Origin: Verrucomicrobiaceae bacterium
Lineage (GTDB): Bacteria; Verrucomicrobiota; Verrucomicrobiia; Verrucomicrobiales; Akkermansiaceae
Length of the DNA stretch: 64,000 nucleotides
Direction: 5' to 3'
Assembly: GCA_051252135.1 (NCBI GenBank)
Contig: JBPOGH010000001.1
Coordinates: 128,001-192,000 of the forward strand
Part shown: positions 19,090 through 29,016 of the stretch, one piece after another
Layout of the letters: every line of letters begins with the position of its first letter
How positions within the stretch are numbered: the stretch's first letter is position 1
Program-made: the position numbers and the translations under genes
Notes under the pieces: model-generated
The model's database searches: none
Seen by the model: only the letters and a program-made list of their open reading frames with translations
What the model was told of the DNA's origin: nothing

Positions 19090-21837
19090 CTATGAATGAT
19101 CCAATCGACTCTTGGAAGGGGAAAGACAAGCTGAGGGGGCGCAGGTAAGCAGACTGCAAAGATCACCTTCAAGCCGGAGCATGGCATTTTCGTCGGTCAA
19201 TTTCTTACCATCGAGAGTGCTCACGAAAATGGAATCGAGAGCTGCTCCTTTTTCCGTGCAGATGCGACTGTGAACAGTCCGGAGACCATGTTCATTCACG
19301 GTACGGAAGACATCATGAAGAAGGCCAATCCGATCGAGTGCCTGAAGCTCTATCACGGTAAAATGGGGGTCCAATTCGTTGCTGATCCAGGCTCTGGTAG
19401 GGAATTGGACGACTTGTTCGGCTTCGGTCTTCAAGTAGTTGACCTTCTTTTTGATGTAATCGGCCGGATCGTATTCCTCCGCATTGCCGATTTGGTAGAG
19501 GGTTTTGACCACGGCTTTTTGAAGATCACGGTTTTCGACTGCTTTATAATCAGCATCACAAATTCGGAAAAGGTCGAGAACGACGCCATCCGGACGAGTG
19601 TAGACATCGGCGGATAGGATATTCATTTGGTGTGCAGCAAGCACGCAACAGAGTTTTTCGAGAAGGCGCGGAAAGTCATGAGTGGCCACAATCATTTCCG
19701 TGTAGCCGAATTTTGGACGCTCAATCCACTGGACGGCGCATTCGAATCCCGTATCTGGGCGTCGTTGTTTCCGGTCGATATATTGCCACAGGGCAACGAT
19801 GTGTTTGTTGATGCTGCGTTTGCTGCGGTATCGAAAATAACGACGCGGCATGAGCTGAAAATGTTCTTCGAAGAGGGGGTGGTATTTTTCCTTTAATGAC
19901 GCTTTAACCTCGGCATAGACCTCTTGAATTTCCTCTTCGATTTCCTGCTTTCCGGCCGTTTTGCCTTCGTTGAGGTAGTCACGGGTGTTCCGGTAAAGTT
20001 GAAGGATAAGGGTTTCTTTCCATGGGGACCACGCTTCCTCATTGGTGCCATTTGAATCCGCGAAAGTGAAAAGAAGCAGAGTGTCGAGACGGTGTTTGTC
20101 CCGCATCAGGCTGGCGAATTCCGCGATCACCTCGGGATCATCAATATTCTTTTTGGTAGCAAAGCGCCATAGGGTCAGATGGTGGTCAACCAGGAACATA
20201 ATCAAGGCCCTACGACCGCCTGTGATCTGAAGGCGTTTGCAAAGTCGGGCAGCGAGGATTGACGACCCGTCGATGTGCTCGCGAACATTTTCGGCTCTAC
20301 CGGTGTCATGCAGAATCAAAGCAACGTAAAGGGCGTAGGGATCGGGATGCTTCAAGAAAATGTCGCGGTAGAGCTCGAGGCGCTTGTTTTCGCTTTCGAA
20401 GAGTGCATCAAGTTGGTCGATGCAGCGGAGGGTGTGTTCATCAGCGGTGTATCGGTGGAAGAACTCGTGTTGAACGAGACAATCCAAGGCTCCAAATTCC
20501 GGAAGGTATCGTCCCAAAACCCCGCAGCGATGCATCAGGCGGAGGGTTCTCGCAACTTGACCTTTCCTTTCGAGAATTTCCCGGAAGGCATCGCGGTTTT
20601 CAGTCCGAATTCGGAAGGAGCGATCTATTTTCTCCCAGTTCGCTTTGATGAGCTTCCGCAATCCCGGAGAAGGGCGGACATGGTGCTGCTGGCAGTAAAC
20701 GAAAAGTCGGAGAAGGCGGTTGGGGTTCTCTTCAAAAATTGTTTTTCTTTTGGGAAGGAGTCTCCCATTCCGGATCTTGTAGTCTTCAAGGAGGATCGTT
20801 TTGGGTTTCTTCTTCCCGAAAGGGAGAAAGCGGAAGCCGGATGGCTTTTCCTCGTGCTTGATTTCGAAAATCTCGAAGATTGATTTGGTGTGATTGTGAA
20901 TGGCCCGGGCGTGTTGGTAATAATCCCGCATGAACGCTTCAATTCGTCTGAGGATTGAGGCTTGGGGGTATTCGAATTCATCAGCAAGAACTCCCTGGTA
21001 CCGGAGGGTCAGGATGTCGTTTCCCTTGTCATGATAGTGCAGTGCATTTCTGACCCGGTGCATGAAGTAGAATGCATCTTTTAGCTCTCTTCGTGCAATT
21101 CGGGTAAGAATCTTTCGTTTGATCAATTCGGTCATGGACCGGGTGCCGGCCTCGGCATCAATAATCCAATCGAGGTTGTGGTAGTCGCGCAGCGTGCCGG
21201 GGCTTTCCTTGATATTGGGTTCCTGCAGGAAGACCGTATGCGACCACTTGGCGTGTCGATCGCGAACGTCCCGAAGACGTTCCTCAAAGAAATCAGCGCG
21301 ATCTTTTTCAATGCATTCCTTGCGGAAGCGCTGGCGAAATTTTTTATAGAGTTCCTTATCGCCAGCGATGAATCGGGAATCCAAAAGGGCGGTTCTGGTG
21401 ATGGGCTCCTTTCGCGCTTCGGTGATGCATTCCGCGGAGGATCGGGTGGAAGGGAGAAATTTAAACCCCAGGTCCCAGATGAGCATTTGGATTCCTTGAA
21501 TCGCGGCTTCAGCCTCCTTCGACAATTTATGGGATGGAGTGGGCAGGAGGAAGAGGAGATCGACATCCGATCCGGGATTCATCAAACCGCGCCCGTATCC
21601 ACCATTGGCGACGAGGGCGAGCGGAGGTGCCGAATCCGAGACGATCATCTCATAGATTGCGGTCACGAGTTCATCGAGCATTCCGGAACGATGTCCGGCG
21701 TTTTCGATGCCGGGTTCGCCTGCGAGATGAGACTTGTGAAGCCTCTCTTGAGCCAGGCCAACCTTGGTCTTAAGTAGTTTTAGGCGGTCCGCCGGGGACA
21801 GTTCGCGCAGAGTGTCGGAATCTAGGTCAAGGAGCAC
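19090..21837 (-). CDS. glnD: [Protein-PII] uridylyltransferase
   Basis: GGYGR...SDVDL, EPNIKESPG.LRD, H.YTADEH, LHD and two ACT domains. Confidence 0.95.
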   Translation of the reverse strand: MLLDLDSDTLRELSPADRLKLLKTKVGLAQERLHKSHLAGEPGIENAGHRSGMLDELVTAIYEMIVSDSAPPLALVANGGYGRGLMNPGSDVDLLFLLPTPSHKLSKEAEAAIQGIQMLIWDLGFKFLPSTRSSAECITEARKEPITRTALLDSRFIAGDKELYKKFRQRFRKECIEKDRADFFEERLRDVRDRHAKWSHTVFLQEPNIKESPGTLRDYHNLDWIIDAEAGTRSMTELIKRKILTRIARRELKDAFYFMHRVRNALHYHDKGNDILTLRYQGVLADEFEYPQASILRRIEAFMRDYYQHARAIHNHTKSIFEIFEIKHEEKPSGFRFLPFGKKKPKTILLEDYKIRNGRLLPKRKTIFEENPNRLLRLFVYCQQHHVRPSPGLRKLIKANWEKIDRSFRIRTENRDAFREILERKGQVARTLRLMHRCGVLGRYLPEFGALDCLVQHEFFHRYTADEHTLRCIDQLDALFESENKRLELYRDIFLKHPDPYALYVALILHDTGRAENVREHIDGSSILAARLCKRLQITGGRRALIMFLVDHHLTLWRFATKKNIDDPEVIAEFASLMRDKHRLDTLLLFTFADSNGTNEEAWSPWKETLILQLYRNTRDYLNEGKTAGKQEIEEEIQEVYAEVKASLKEKYHPLFEEHFQLMPRRYFRYRSKRSINKHIVALWQYIDRKQRRPDTGFECAVQWIERPKFGYTEMIVATHDFPRLLEKLCCVLAAHQMNILSADVYTRPDGVVLDLFRICDADYKAVENRDLQKAVVKTLYQIGNAEEYDPADYIKKKVNYLKTEAEQVVQFPTRAWISNELDPHFTVIELQALDRIGLLHDVFRTVNEHGLRTVHSRICTEKGAALDSIFVSTLDGKKLTDENAMLRLEGDLCSLLTCAPSACLSPSKSRLDHS

Positions 21838-21871
21838 TCCGCAACCAAAGCAAAGTTAAGCGGGAAGTCGA

Positions 21872-22489
21872 TCACCAACGTGTGGCAGTTGCACGTGTGG
21901 GGCCACCGGTTTTGGCGTAGTATTTTCGACCAGCCGAAGTGGTGTCAAGTGAGCCACGAATAATCTTAACCTGTGCCCCAACTCCTACGCGTCGGTAGAG
22001 GTCGATAACGTGCCGGGATTTCATTCGGATACATCCGTAGGATGCGGGACGGCCGATGTTTCGTTCCTCGGGAGTGCCGTGAATGTAGATGCAACGTCCC
22101 AGAGTATTCCGATTGTGGCTTTCCTTCCCTCTTAGCCAGAGAATACGAGTGACAATAGGGTCTCTTCCTGGAGCGTCGGGGCGGATTACCTCCCCGGTCC
22201 GACGGCGGCTTTTAAATACGGCTCCGGAAGGGGCGCCTCCCCCAATCTTCTTGGCAACCTCGAGTTTTCCAAGAGGGGTGCGGCGCGATCCGCGCTGGGT
22301 GCCGAGACCAAATTTGGAGGTGGAAACGGGGTAGGCTTTGACCGGCTTGCCATCTTTCACCAAGAGCATTTTCTGATCTCTGACACTCACGACCATCTGA
22401 TTGCGGTCGTCGTATCTCGAACCACATGAAATGGTCAGGATGCTCAGGGGAGCAAGAATCAGGAGTGCGAGATGGCGAAGGTTGGGCAT
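21872..22489 (-). CDS. L,D-transpeptidase (YkuD) lipoprotein
   Basis: Lipobox-like ISC; catalytic IYIHGT...SYGCIRM. Confidence 0.9.
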   Translation of the reverse strand: MPNLRHLALLILAPLSILTISCGSRYDDRNQMVVSVRDQKMLLVKDGKPVKAYPVSTSKFGLGTQRGSRRTPLGKLEVAKKIGGGAPSGAVFKSRRRTGEVIRPDAPGRDPIVTRILWLRGKESHNRNTLGRCIYIHGTPEERNIGRPASYGCIRMKSRHVIDLYRRVGVGAQVKIIRGSLDTTSAGRKYYAKTGGPTRATATRW

Positions 22490-22504
22490 GGTTTCCGAGA
22501 GAAC

Positions 22505-24007
22505 TTAGTCTTTTTTAAGAAATGCAGGGAGGAGTTGTCCAACACCAACCATCTGCTTGAGGGAGTTAATGGAGGTGTAGAAAAATCCGACAGGGAACGG
22601 AAGGAGGAGAATTGCGGATGGCCAGTTGCCTGTCCATGCCGCTTCAAGAACGATGTAGGAGAAGAAGAATCCAAACAGGAGTTCGAAAACGGGAGTGAGG
22701 CTCTTAAGCGCTTTGTATCGGCTCTTTTTAATCTCCACTTTCTTCTGGCCTTCGATTCCGTATTTTGGAGTCCGGACGAAGCCGGTTTCGTGGCCAACGA
22801 TGGCCTCGATCACCGCCTTGGCGTTGTTGACAGCCATTCCAATACCGAGAGCGAGCAGAAGCGGGAGGTAGGCCACCTCTCGCAACCACCGGTGGGGAAG
22901 GAGGGCGCGTTGGGCAACGGCGTAGAAAATTACGACCGAGCAGGATGCGAAGAAGAAGATCGGGAGATCAAGCAGGAGGCGACCTTTGATTCCAAGATCC
23001 GGGCCCCATTCATTTTTGGGGTAAATGAGAAAGCAAAGTGCGATAAGAAGCAGATAGGCAAAATTCGAGGTGAGGTGTGCGGTGGCCTCGAGCTTAACAG
23101 CGAGAGGGAAATCACTTTTCCAAATGGAGGGAAGGCATTTTTTACAGCACTGGATGGAACCCTTGGTCCAACGATGTTGTTGGTTTTTGAATCCCGCCAT
23201 GTCGACCGGGAGTTCAGCTGGCGTTTCCACTTCTTTGAGGAAAATAAATTTCCATCCTTTAAGCTGTGCACGATAGCTCAAGTCCATGTCCTCGGTGAGG
23301 GTGTCGTGTTCCCAGCCACCAGCGTCATCGATTGCCGATTTACGCCAGATACCACCCGTGCCGTTGAAGGTGAAAAAACGTCCGGAGCGGTTTCGTGCGG
23401 TTTGCTCAAGCTCAAGGTGTCCATCAAGGAAGAGTGCCTGGACGCGGGTGAGGGCGTTGTAGTTCCGGTTGAGATGTCCCCAGCGTGTCTGAACGAGGGC
23501 AATCTTGTCGTTGGTGAAATGGTGGATGGTTTCCTGAAGAAGATCAGGATTGGGAACGAAATCCGCATCGAGGATGAGGATGTATTCGCCCTTGCAGGTC
23601 TTCATTCCGTTTTCGAGGGCTCCCGCTTTGTAACCGGTTCGGTCGGTGCGATGAATGCATTCGGCGTCAAAACCCTTTGCTTTGAGTCGTTCTACTCCAG
23701 CCCGGGAGATTTCAACGGTCTCATCGGTGGAGTCATCCAAAACCTGAATTTGAATCTTATCTTGCGGGTAGTCGAGTGCGGCGACCGAGTCGAGCAAACG
23801 GTCGACCACATGCATTTCGTTGAAGACAGGAAGTTGGATGGTGACGAGTGGAAGTTCGTCGAAGTTCCGCTCAGGAATCGGACGATTGTTACCATACTTC
23901 CAATAAAGGAAAAGAATGGTGAGACGGTGAAAGCCGTAGCCTCCAAGGCCGATCAGAACAGCGGTATAGAGGCCAAAATAGGCCCATGAAGAAAAGTCTG
24001 AAGTCAT
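22505..24007 (-). CDS. Processive GT2 glycosyltransferase (cellulose-synthase-like)
   Basis: QLPVFNE, DDS, KAGAL, DAD, TED and QQHRW (QxxRW); several TM helices. Confidence 0.92.
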   Translation of the reverse strand: MTSDFSSWAYFGLYTAVLIGLGGYGFHRLTILFLYWKYGNNRPIPERNFDELPLVTIQLPVFNEMHVVDRLLDSVAALDYPQDKIQIQVLDDSTDETVEISRAGVERLKAKGFDAECIHRTDRTGYKAGALENGMKTCKGEYILILDADFVPNPDLLQETIHHFTNDKIALVQTRWGHLNRNYNALTRVQALFLDGHLELEQTARNRSGRFFTFNGTGGIWRKSAIDDAGGWEHDTLTEDMDLSYRAQLKGWKFIFLKEVETPAELPVDMAGFKNQQHRWTKGSIQCCKKCLPSIWKSDFPLAVKLEATAHLTSNFAYLLLIALCFLIYPKNEWGPDLGIKGRLLLDLPIFFFASCSVVIFYAVAQRALLPHRWLREVAYLPLLLALGIGMAVNNAKAVIEAIVGHETGFVRTPKYGIEGQKKVEIKKSRYKALKSLTPVFELLFGFFFSYIVLEAAWTGNWPSAILLLPFPVGFFYTSINSLKQMVGVGQLLPAFLKKD

Positions 24008-24220
24008 AATGGCAGGAGTTTGTTAGACAAGGATGCTGACGGGATGGGAAATAGACAGTATTTCCCTCGACAGCTCCTGCGGAGTGCCAGTGAATGAGCT
24101 AAAAGTCAAGTTTTGGATGGCGTAACTATACGGGGATCCTAAACATTCGTCCATTCCTTAATATCACTACTTTCAAACTGGAGTCTCGACAAGGCCTACG
24201 GGACAATCTTGTCTTTGTTC

Positions 24221-25069
24221 ATGAACATTACACGGGTCGGGCAACAGGTTTCGAAATGGGGAGAAGGTCCTATTTGGTGGGAAGGAAAGCTTTGGTATGT
24301 CGATATTGAGGGGCACCGGGTCATTTCCGTTGATCCAGCAAGTGAGGCGGAGAAGTTTTGGGATGTTGGGGAAAGGGTCGGGACAGTGGTTCCCCGAAGT
24401 CAGGGAGGTTTGGTGATCGCAGGTGATAACGGCTTTTCGTTTCTTGATCCCAAAGATGGGCGGATCACCGCGATTGCTGATCCGGAGCCGGAAAAGCAGA
24501 ATAATCGGTTCAATGACGGGAAATGTTCGCCTGATGGTTATTTGTTCGCAGGTTCCATTAGCCTGGTGAAGAAAGAGGGGGACGCAAAACTCTACAGATT
24601 GTCAGCATCTGGCGAGGTGACGGAGGCCTTCGGGCCGGTTACCAATTCAAATGGCATTGTGTGGAGCGCAGGAGGGGGAGAGGTTTTCTATATTGATACT
24701 CCAAGGAAAGCGGTGCTTCGGTTCGATTATGAGGACGGAATTCTTTCAAATCCGGCTGAAGTGATTTCGACAGCTGATTTGGACTCATCTCCCGACGGGA
24801 TGGCCATTGATGAAAATGGTCACCTTTGGATCGCTTTTTGCCATGGTGCCTGTGTGATCTGCTTTGACCCTAAGTCGGGAGAAGAAATCCGCCGCATTGA
24901 TTTGCCATGTCTTGAGACGACGGCCTGTGCGTTTGGTGGGGAGAATCTCGATGAGCTATATGTGACCACGGGCATTCACAAGAGCGTGGTTGAGGAGGAT
25001 GCGGGGCGACTGTTTAAGATTACCGGTCTGGGAGTTAGGGGGCTGCCGTCCCATCCATTTGCGGGTTAG
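24221..25069 (+). CDS. SMP-30/gluconolactonase family protein
   Basis: GEGPIW, RFNDGK, SNG, PDGMAID. Confidence 0.92.
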   Translation: MNITRVGQQVSKWGEGPIWWEGKLWYVDIEGHRVISVDPASEAEKFWDVGERVGTVVPRSQGGLVIAGDNGFSFLDPKDGRITAIADPEPEKQNNRFNDGKCSPDGYLFAGSISLVKKEGDAKLYRLSASGEVTEAFGPVTNSNGIVWSAGGGEVFYIDTPRKAVLRFDYEDGILSNPAEVISTADLDSSPDGMAIDENGHLWIAFCHGACVICFDPKSGEEIRRIDLPCLETTACAFGGENLDELYVTTGIHKSVVEEDAGRLFKITGLGVRGLPSHPFAG

Positions 25070-25234
25070 TTTGGATTGCCAAAACGCCAGCGAGCACAAT
25101 ATAGGGTGTCTTTTTTTGAGGAAGGCACAACATATTGCATTTTCGTTCAAGTCATCTTGCGGAGATTACAGTGTCGTTCTAGCTTAATTGGACTCGGGAG
25201 GTCCTTTCCGAGCTCATTTCAGCCCCAGACGACT

Positions 25235-28200
25235 ATGTATCTCAAATCCCTCCACATCCATGGTTTCAAATCGTTCGCCGACAAAACCTATTTTGAGTTC
25301 CACGAAGGTGTGACCGGAATTGTCGGGCCGAATGGTTGTGGGAAATCCAATGTGGTCGATGCCATTCGGTGGGTACTTGGAGAGACATCGGCCAAAGCTT
25401 TGCGTGGAGGAGAAATGGCAGACGTTATTTTCAACGGTGCTGAGAAGCGAAAGCCACTGGGAATGGCTGAAGTGACTTTGACTCTTGCGAACTGCGAGGA
25501 GGTATTGAAGACGGATCGCAACGAGGTATCGATTACCCGGCGGGTCTATCGTGATGGAAAATCCGACTACCTGATCAATGGGACGATGTGCCGGTTGCGG
25601 GATATTTCCGAACTCTTTATGGACACGGGGATTGGTCGTTCATCCTACTCGATTATGGAGCAGGGAAAGATCGACATGCTGCTTTCAGCCAAGCCGGAAG
25701 ATCGTCGTCAGGTTTTTGAGGAAGCGGCCGGGATCACGAAGTCCAAGAAGGAGAAGCGTGAAGCTCTGCGTAAGCTTGAGTATACCGAAGGGAATCTTTT
25801 GCGGGTGTCTGACGTGTTGGCAGAGCAGGAACGTCGCATGAATTCCCTCAAGCGGCAGGTTTCGAAAGCCCGTCGCTATCAGGCGCTCTCGAAGGATGTT
25901 GGGATTCTTGACACTCACCTGAGTCATCGTGAGTTCGTTCAGCTTAATGCGGAGCGCGAAGAGTTAACCGTCTCTCTGACCTCACTTGAGCGGGAGAGGG
26001 GGAGGATTGAATCCCAGATGCCTGGGCGTGAGAAGGCGGTGGTTGACGCCCGAGACTTGGCACAGGCGTTGGATTCCAAACTTTCGGGATTGCGTCAGCG
26101 ATTGTCTGATAAGAAAAATGCGATTCAGGCTGCCGAGAACCGCATGGCGTTCAATAACGAACGGAAGTCCGAACTTTCGGATCGTCTTGCGAAAAACGAG
26201 AAGGAAATTGCAGAGACGGCGGATCGGCTGGCTGAGCAGAAAGAAAATCTTGATAAGAGTCAGCTTGCGCTGGTGGAGCTTGAGCAGCGGATTCAACAAC
26301 AGGAGAATCATTTCAAGGAGCGCCAGCAAAGCTCTGCGCAGTTAGTTCAGGAGCGGCAGGCGATCGAAAACAATCTGCGTAAAGCGCGAGCCGAAGCGAA
26401 CGCCACCCAGAACATTATCGCTTCTTCTCAAGCCAAGATCGAGAGTGCCCTCTCGCAAATGGAAGGGAACCGGGAACGGATGAAGCAGCTTGAAGAAGAG
26501 GCTGTTCGTCTCCGGGGGGAGAACTCGAAAGCGATTGCAGAACGAGATCAAATTACCAAGCAATTGGAAGAGCATCAAAAACGGGTTCCTGACCTTGAGG
26601 GGGCTCGAGAACGTGCGGAGCGCGAATTCCAATCGGTTCGAGGGTCACTTGATGCAGCTCGAACCGCGGCTTCCGAAATTCATCGTGACCTTGCCAAGAA
26701 GAGTTCCCGACTTGACGTTCTGAGACAACTCATAGCCAGTGGAGAGGGCCTTCAAAAGGGGACCCAGGCAGTGATCAACGGACTCGGTGAGCCCGACTTA
26801 ATTAAGCCGGGAGTGAAAGGAGTTTTGGGCTCTCATCTCAAGGTCCCCGATGAGCATGCACTTGCGATTGAAGCTGCGTTGGGTCACCACTTGCAGGCTG
26901 TCATTGTGCGGGATGATGAGTTGGCCAATGAAATCATCGACCGGTTGATCGAGGGAAAGAAGGGGGAGGCGGCCTTGCTTCCTGAAAGTTATCTCCCGGC
27001 TTCACTGGGGACCCAGATGGAGGCTCTTCCGGAAGGTGCACTTGCCTGGGCTCTCGATATCGTGACTGTCGATGGCAATCTGATTGGCTTGATGGAGCAC
27101 CTTCTCTCGAAGGTTCTAGTGGTTCCCGATCGGGTTGTTGCAGGAAAACTCCGAGGAAGTTATCCGGAGCTCACCTTTGTTACGACTTCAGGAGAAGTGC
27201 TCAGTGCCGAAGGGGTTCTCCGGGGCGGTAGTTCGGGTGGTCAAAAGGACTCGCTCCTTGTTCGTCAAAATGAAGTGTTGGCTCTTGAAGTTGAGACTCA
27301 GGAACTGGAGGTAGCGGAGGTTAATGCGAAGCAGAAGATCGAAGACCTGGAAGCACGTGTGAAAGAGCTGCGTGAGGAAGTTGAGGCAGCCAAGGACAAA
27401 CTGCAGCGTCATAAGGTGGAGGAGTCAACTCTCGTAGGACAGTTGTCCCTTGCCAAAAGGGAGGCTGAAAGCCTAGCCACCAAGGTGGGCAATAACGAAT
27501 GGGAGCGTGAGGAGCTTGGTGGTCGTGAAAAGACCGCTTCCGACAGCCGATCAGCTCTGGAGAACGAATTGGCTCGTGCCCGCGAGAGACTCACGGCTCT
27601 GGAAAACGACAGTCGGCAGCTGCAGCGAAAGGTTGATGAGGTGATGGATCGTGAAAAGTCCGCGCAAGAAGAGCTCAACGAAGCCCGCACTGCTTTGGCG
27701 GTTGAGAAGCAGGCACGCGATTCTGCGGCCCGTGAGCAGCATCCGATGACTTCGCGGATTAATGAATTGACGGAGCTAAATAATCGCCGTGAGCAGGAGA
27801 TCAAGGCCTCCCGTGAGCGGATTGGAAGGGGAGATGGGGAAAATGAGACTTTGATTAAAGAGGTCGAGGGTTACCGGGTCGAAGTGGAAACTGTTTCCAA
27901 GGAGTTGAGTGAGGCAGATGACTCCAGGGCAAAGCTGAAGGAGTTGATCGAAGAAGCCGAATCCCAGCTCACGGAAATTCGCCAAAAGCAGTCCCGGGTA
28001 GGAAATCAAATCGGGAAAGAAGAGGTGTCGGCTACCAAGTTGGATCTCCGGCTGGAAAACCTTGAGAATGCGGTCCTTGAGCGTCACCAAATCGAACTGA
28101 AGGCTTTCCGCCCGGACAGTCATTCTTTGCTTACCTGTATCGCAGAGCGAAAGAAAGCCGAGAAGCGAGGTGGGCGTAACATTGTTTTTGAAGACCCCGA

Positions 28201-29011
28201 TTCTGATGAGGCCCAGGCCCAAAACGAAGAGGTGAGTGATGAACAAGGGGATGAAGAGGAGGTTCAGCTTCCAGTGTCCGAAGAGGGACCGGATTGGGAG
28301 TTTGTGGAAGCGATCGTAGCTGATTTGAAGCGTCGGCTCGACTCCATGGGGCCGGTTAATCTCGATGCCATTGAGGAATACGACGAGCTGGAAGAACGTC
28401 ACACGTTTACCAAAAACCAGCACGATGATTTGGTGAACTCGAAGACCCAACTTTTGGAGATTATTGATCGTATCAATACCGAGTCCGAGCGTCTCTTCGC
28501 AGAGACCTTCAATGCAGTTGCGACCAACTTCAAATCGATGTTTAAAAAGCTCTTTGGGGAGAAAGCGACCGCGGACTTGATTCTTCAAGATGTCGATAAT
28601 CCCCTTGAATGTGGCATTGAGGTGATTGCCAAGCCTCCCGGGAAGAAGCTGCAATCCATTTCGCTGATGTCGGGTGGTGAACGTTCGATGACGGCGGTGG
28701 CATTGCTTTTCTCAATCTACATGGTGAAGCCGAGTCCCTTCTGCGTTCTTGATGAGCTGGACGCCCCATTGGACGAATCAAACATTGGTCGCTTCCTCAA
28801 GGTGCTGGACACGTTCATTGACCAAAGCCAGTTCATTATTGTGACCCACTCCAAGCGCACAATGGAGCGTGCCGATGTGATGTATGGGGTGACGATGGAA
28901 GAGTTTGGAGTTTCGAAGCCCGTAGGAATGCGTCTGACTTCGGACGTCGAGAAGCTCAAAGGGAAGCCGCAAACCGCGGCCCAGAGAGCAGCAATGAAGC
29001 TGGATTCGTAG
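25235..29011 (+). CDS. smc: Chromosome segregation protein SMC
   Basis: GFKSFAD, GPNGCGKSN, coiled coils, hinge, MSGGE and LDELDAPLD. Confidence 0.97.
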   Translation: MYLKSLHIHGFKSFADKTYFEFHEGVTGIVGPNGCGKSNVVDAIRWVLGETSAKALRGGEMADVIFNGAEKRKPLGMAEVTLTLANCEEVLKTDRNEVSITRRVYRDGKSDYLINGTMCRLRDISELFMDTGIGRSSYSIMEQGKIDMLLSAKPEDRRQVFEEAAGITKSKKEKREALRKLEYTEGNLLRVSDVLAEQERRMNSLKRQVSKARRYQALSKDVGILDTHLSHREFVQLNAEREELTVSLTSLERERGRIESQMPGREKAVVDARDLAQALDSKLSGLRQRLSDKKNAIQAAENRMAFNNERKSELSDRLAKNEKEIAETADRLAEQKENLDKSQLALVELEQRIQQQENHFKERQQSSAQLVQERQAIENNLRKARAEANATQNIIASSQAKIESALSQMEGNRERMKQLEEEAVRLRGENSKAIAERDQITKQLEEHQKRVPDLEGARERAEREFQSVRGSLDAARTAASEIHRDLAKKSSRLDVLRQLIASGEGLQKGTQAVINGLGEPDLIKPGVKGVLGSHLKVPDEHALAIEAALGHHLQAVIVRDDELANEIIDRLIEGKKGEAALLPESYLPASLGTQMEALPEGALAWALDIVTVDGNLIGLMEHLLSKVLVVPDRVVAGKLRGSYPELTFVTTSGEVLSAEGVLRGGSSGGQKDSLLVRQNEVLALEVETQELEVAEVNAKQKIEDLEARVKELREEVEAAKDKLQRHKVEESTLVGQLSLAKREAESLATKVGNNEWEREELGGREKTASDSRSALENELARARERLTALENDSRQLQRKVDEVMDREKSAQEELNEARTALAVEKQARDSAAREQHPMTSRINELTELNNRREQEIKASRERIGRGDGENETLIKEVEGYRVEVETVSKELSEADDSRAKLKELIEEAESQLTEIRQKQSRVGNQIGKEEVSATKLDLRLENLENAVLERHQIELKAFRPDSHSLLTCIAERKKAEKRGGRNIVFEDPDSDEAQAQNEEVSDEQGDEEEVQLPVSEEGPDWEFVEAIVADLKRRLDSMGPVNLDAIEEYDELEERHTFTKNQHDDLVNSKTQLLEIIDRINTESERLFAETFNAVATNFKSMFKKLFGEKATADLILQDVDNPLECGIEVIAKPPGKKLQSISLMSGGERSMTAVALLFSIYMVKPSPFCVLDELDAPLDESNIGRFLKVLDTFIDQSQFIIVTHSKRTMERADVMYGVTMEEFGVSKPVGMRLTSDVEKLKGKPQTAAQRAAMKLDS

Positions 29012-29016
29012 ATTCC

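Noticed and set aside
22472..23989. 505-aa plus-strand ORF and other long antisense ORFs (35-949, 27776-28654, 49604-50587, 52235-53137, 54004-54888)
   Set aside because: They lie opposite well-supported genes and show no recognisable motifs; stop-poor antisense frames are expected from codon bias.
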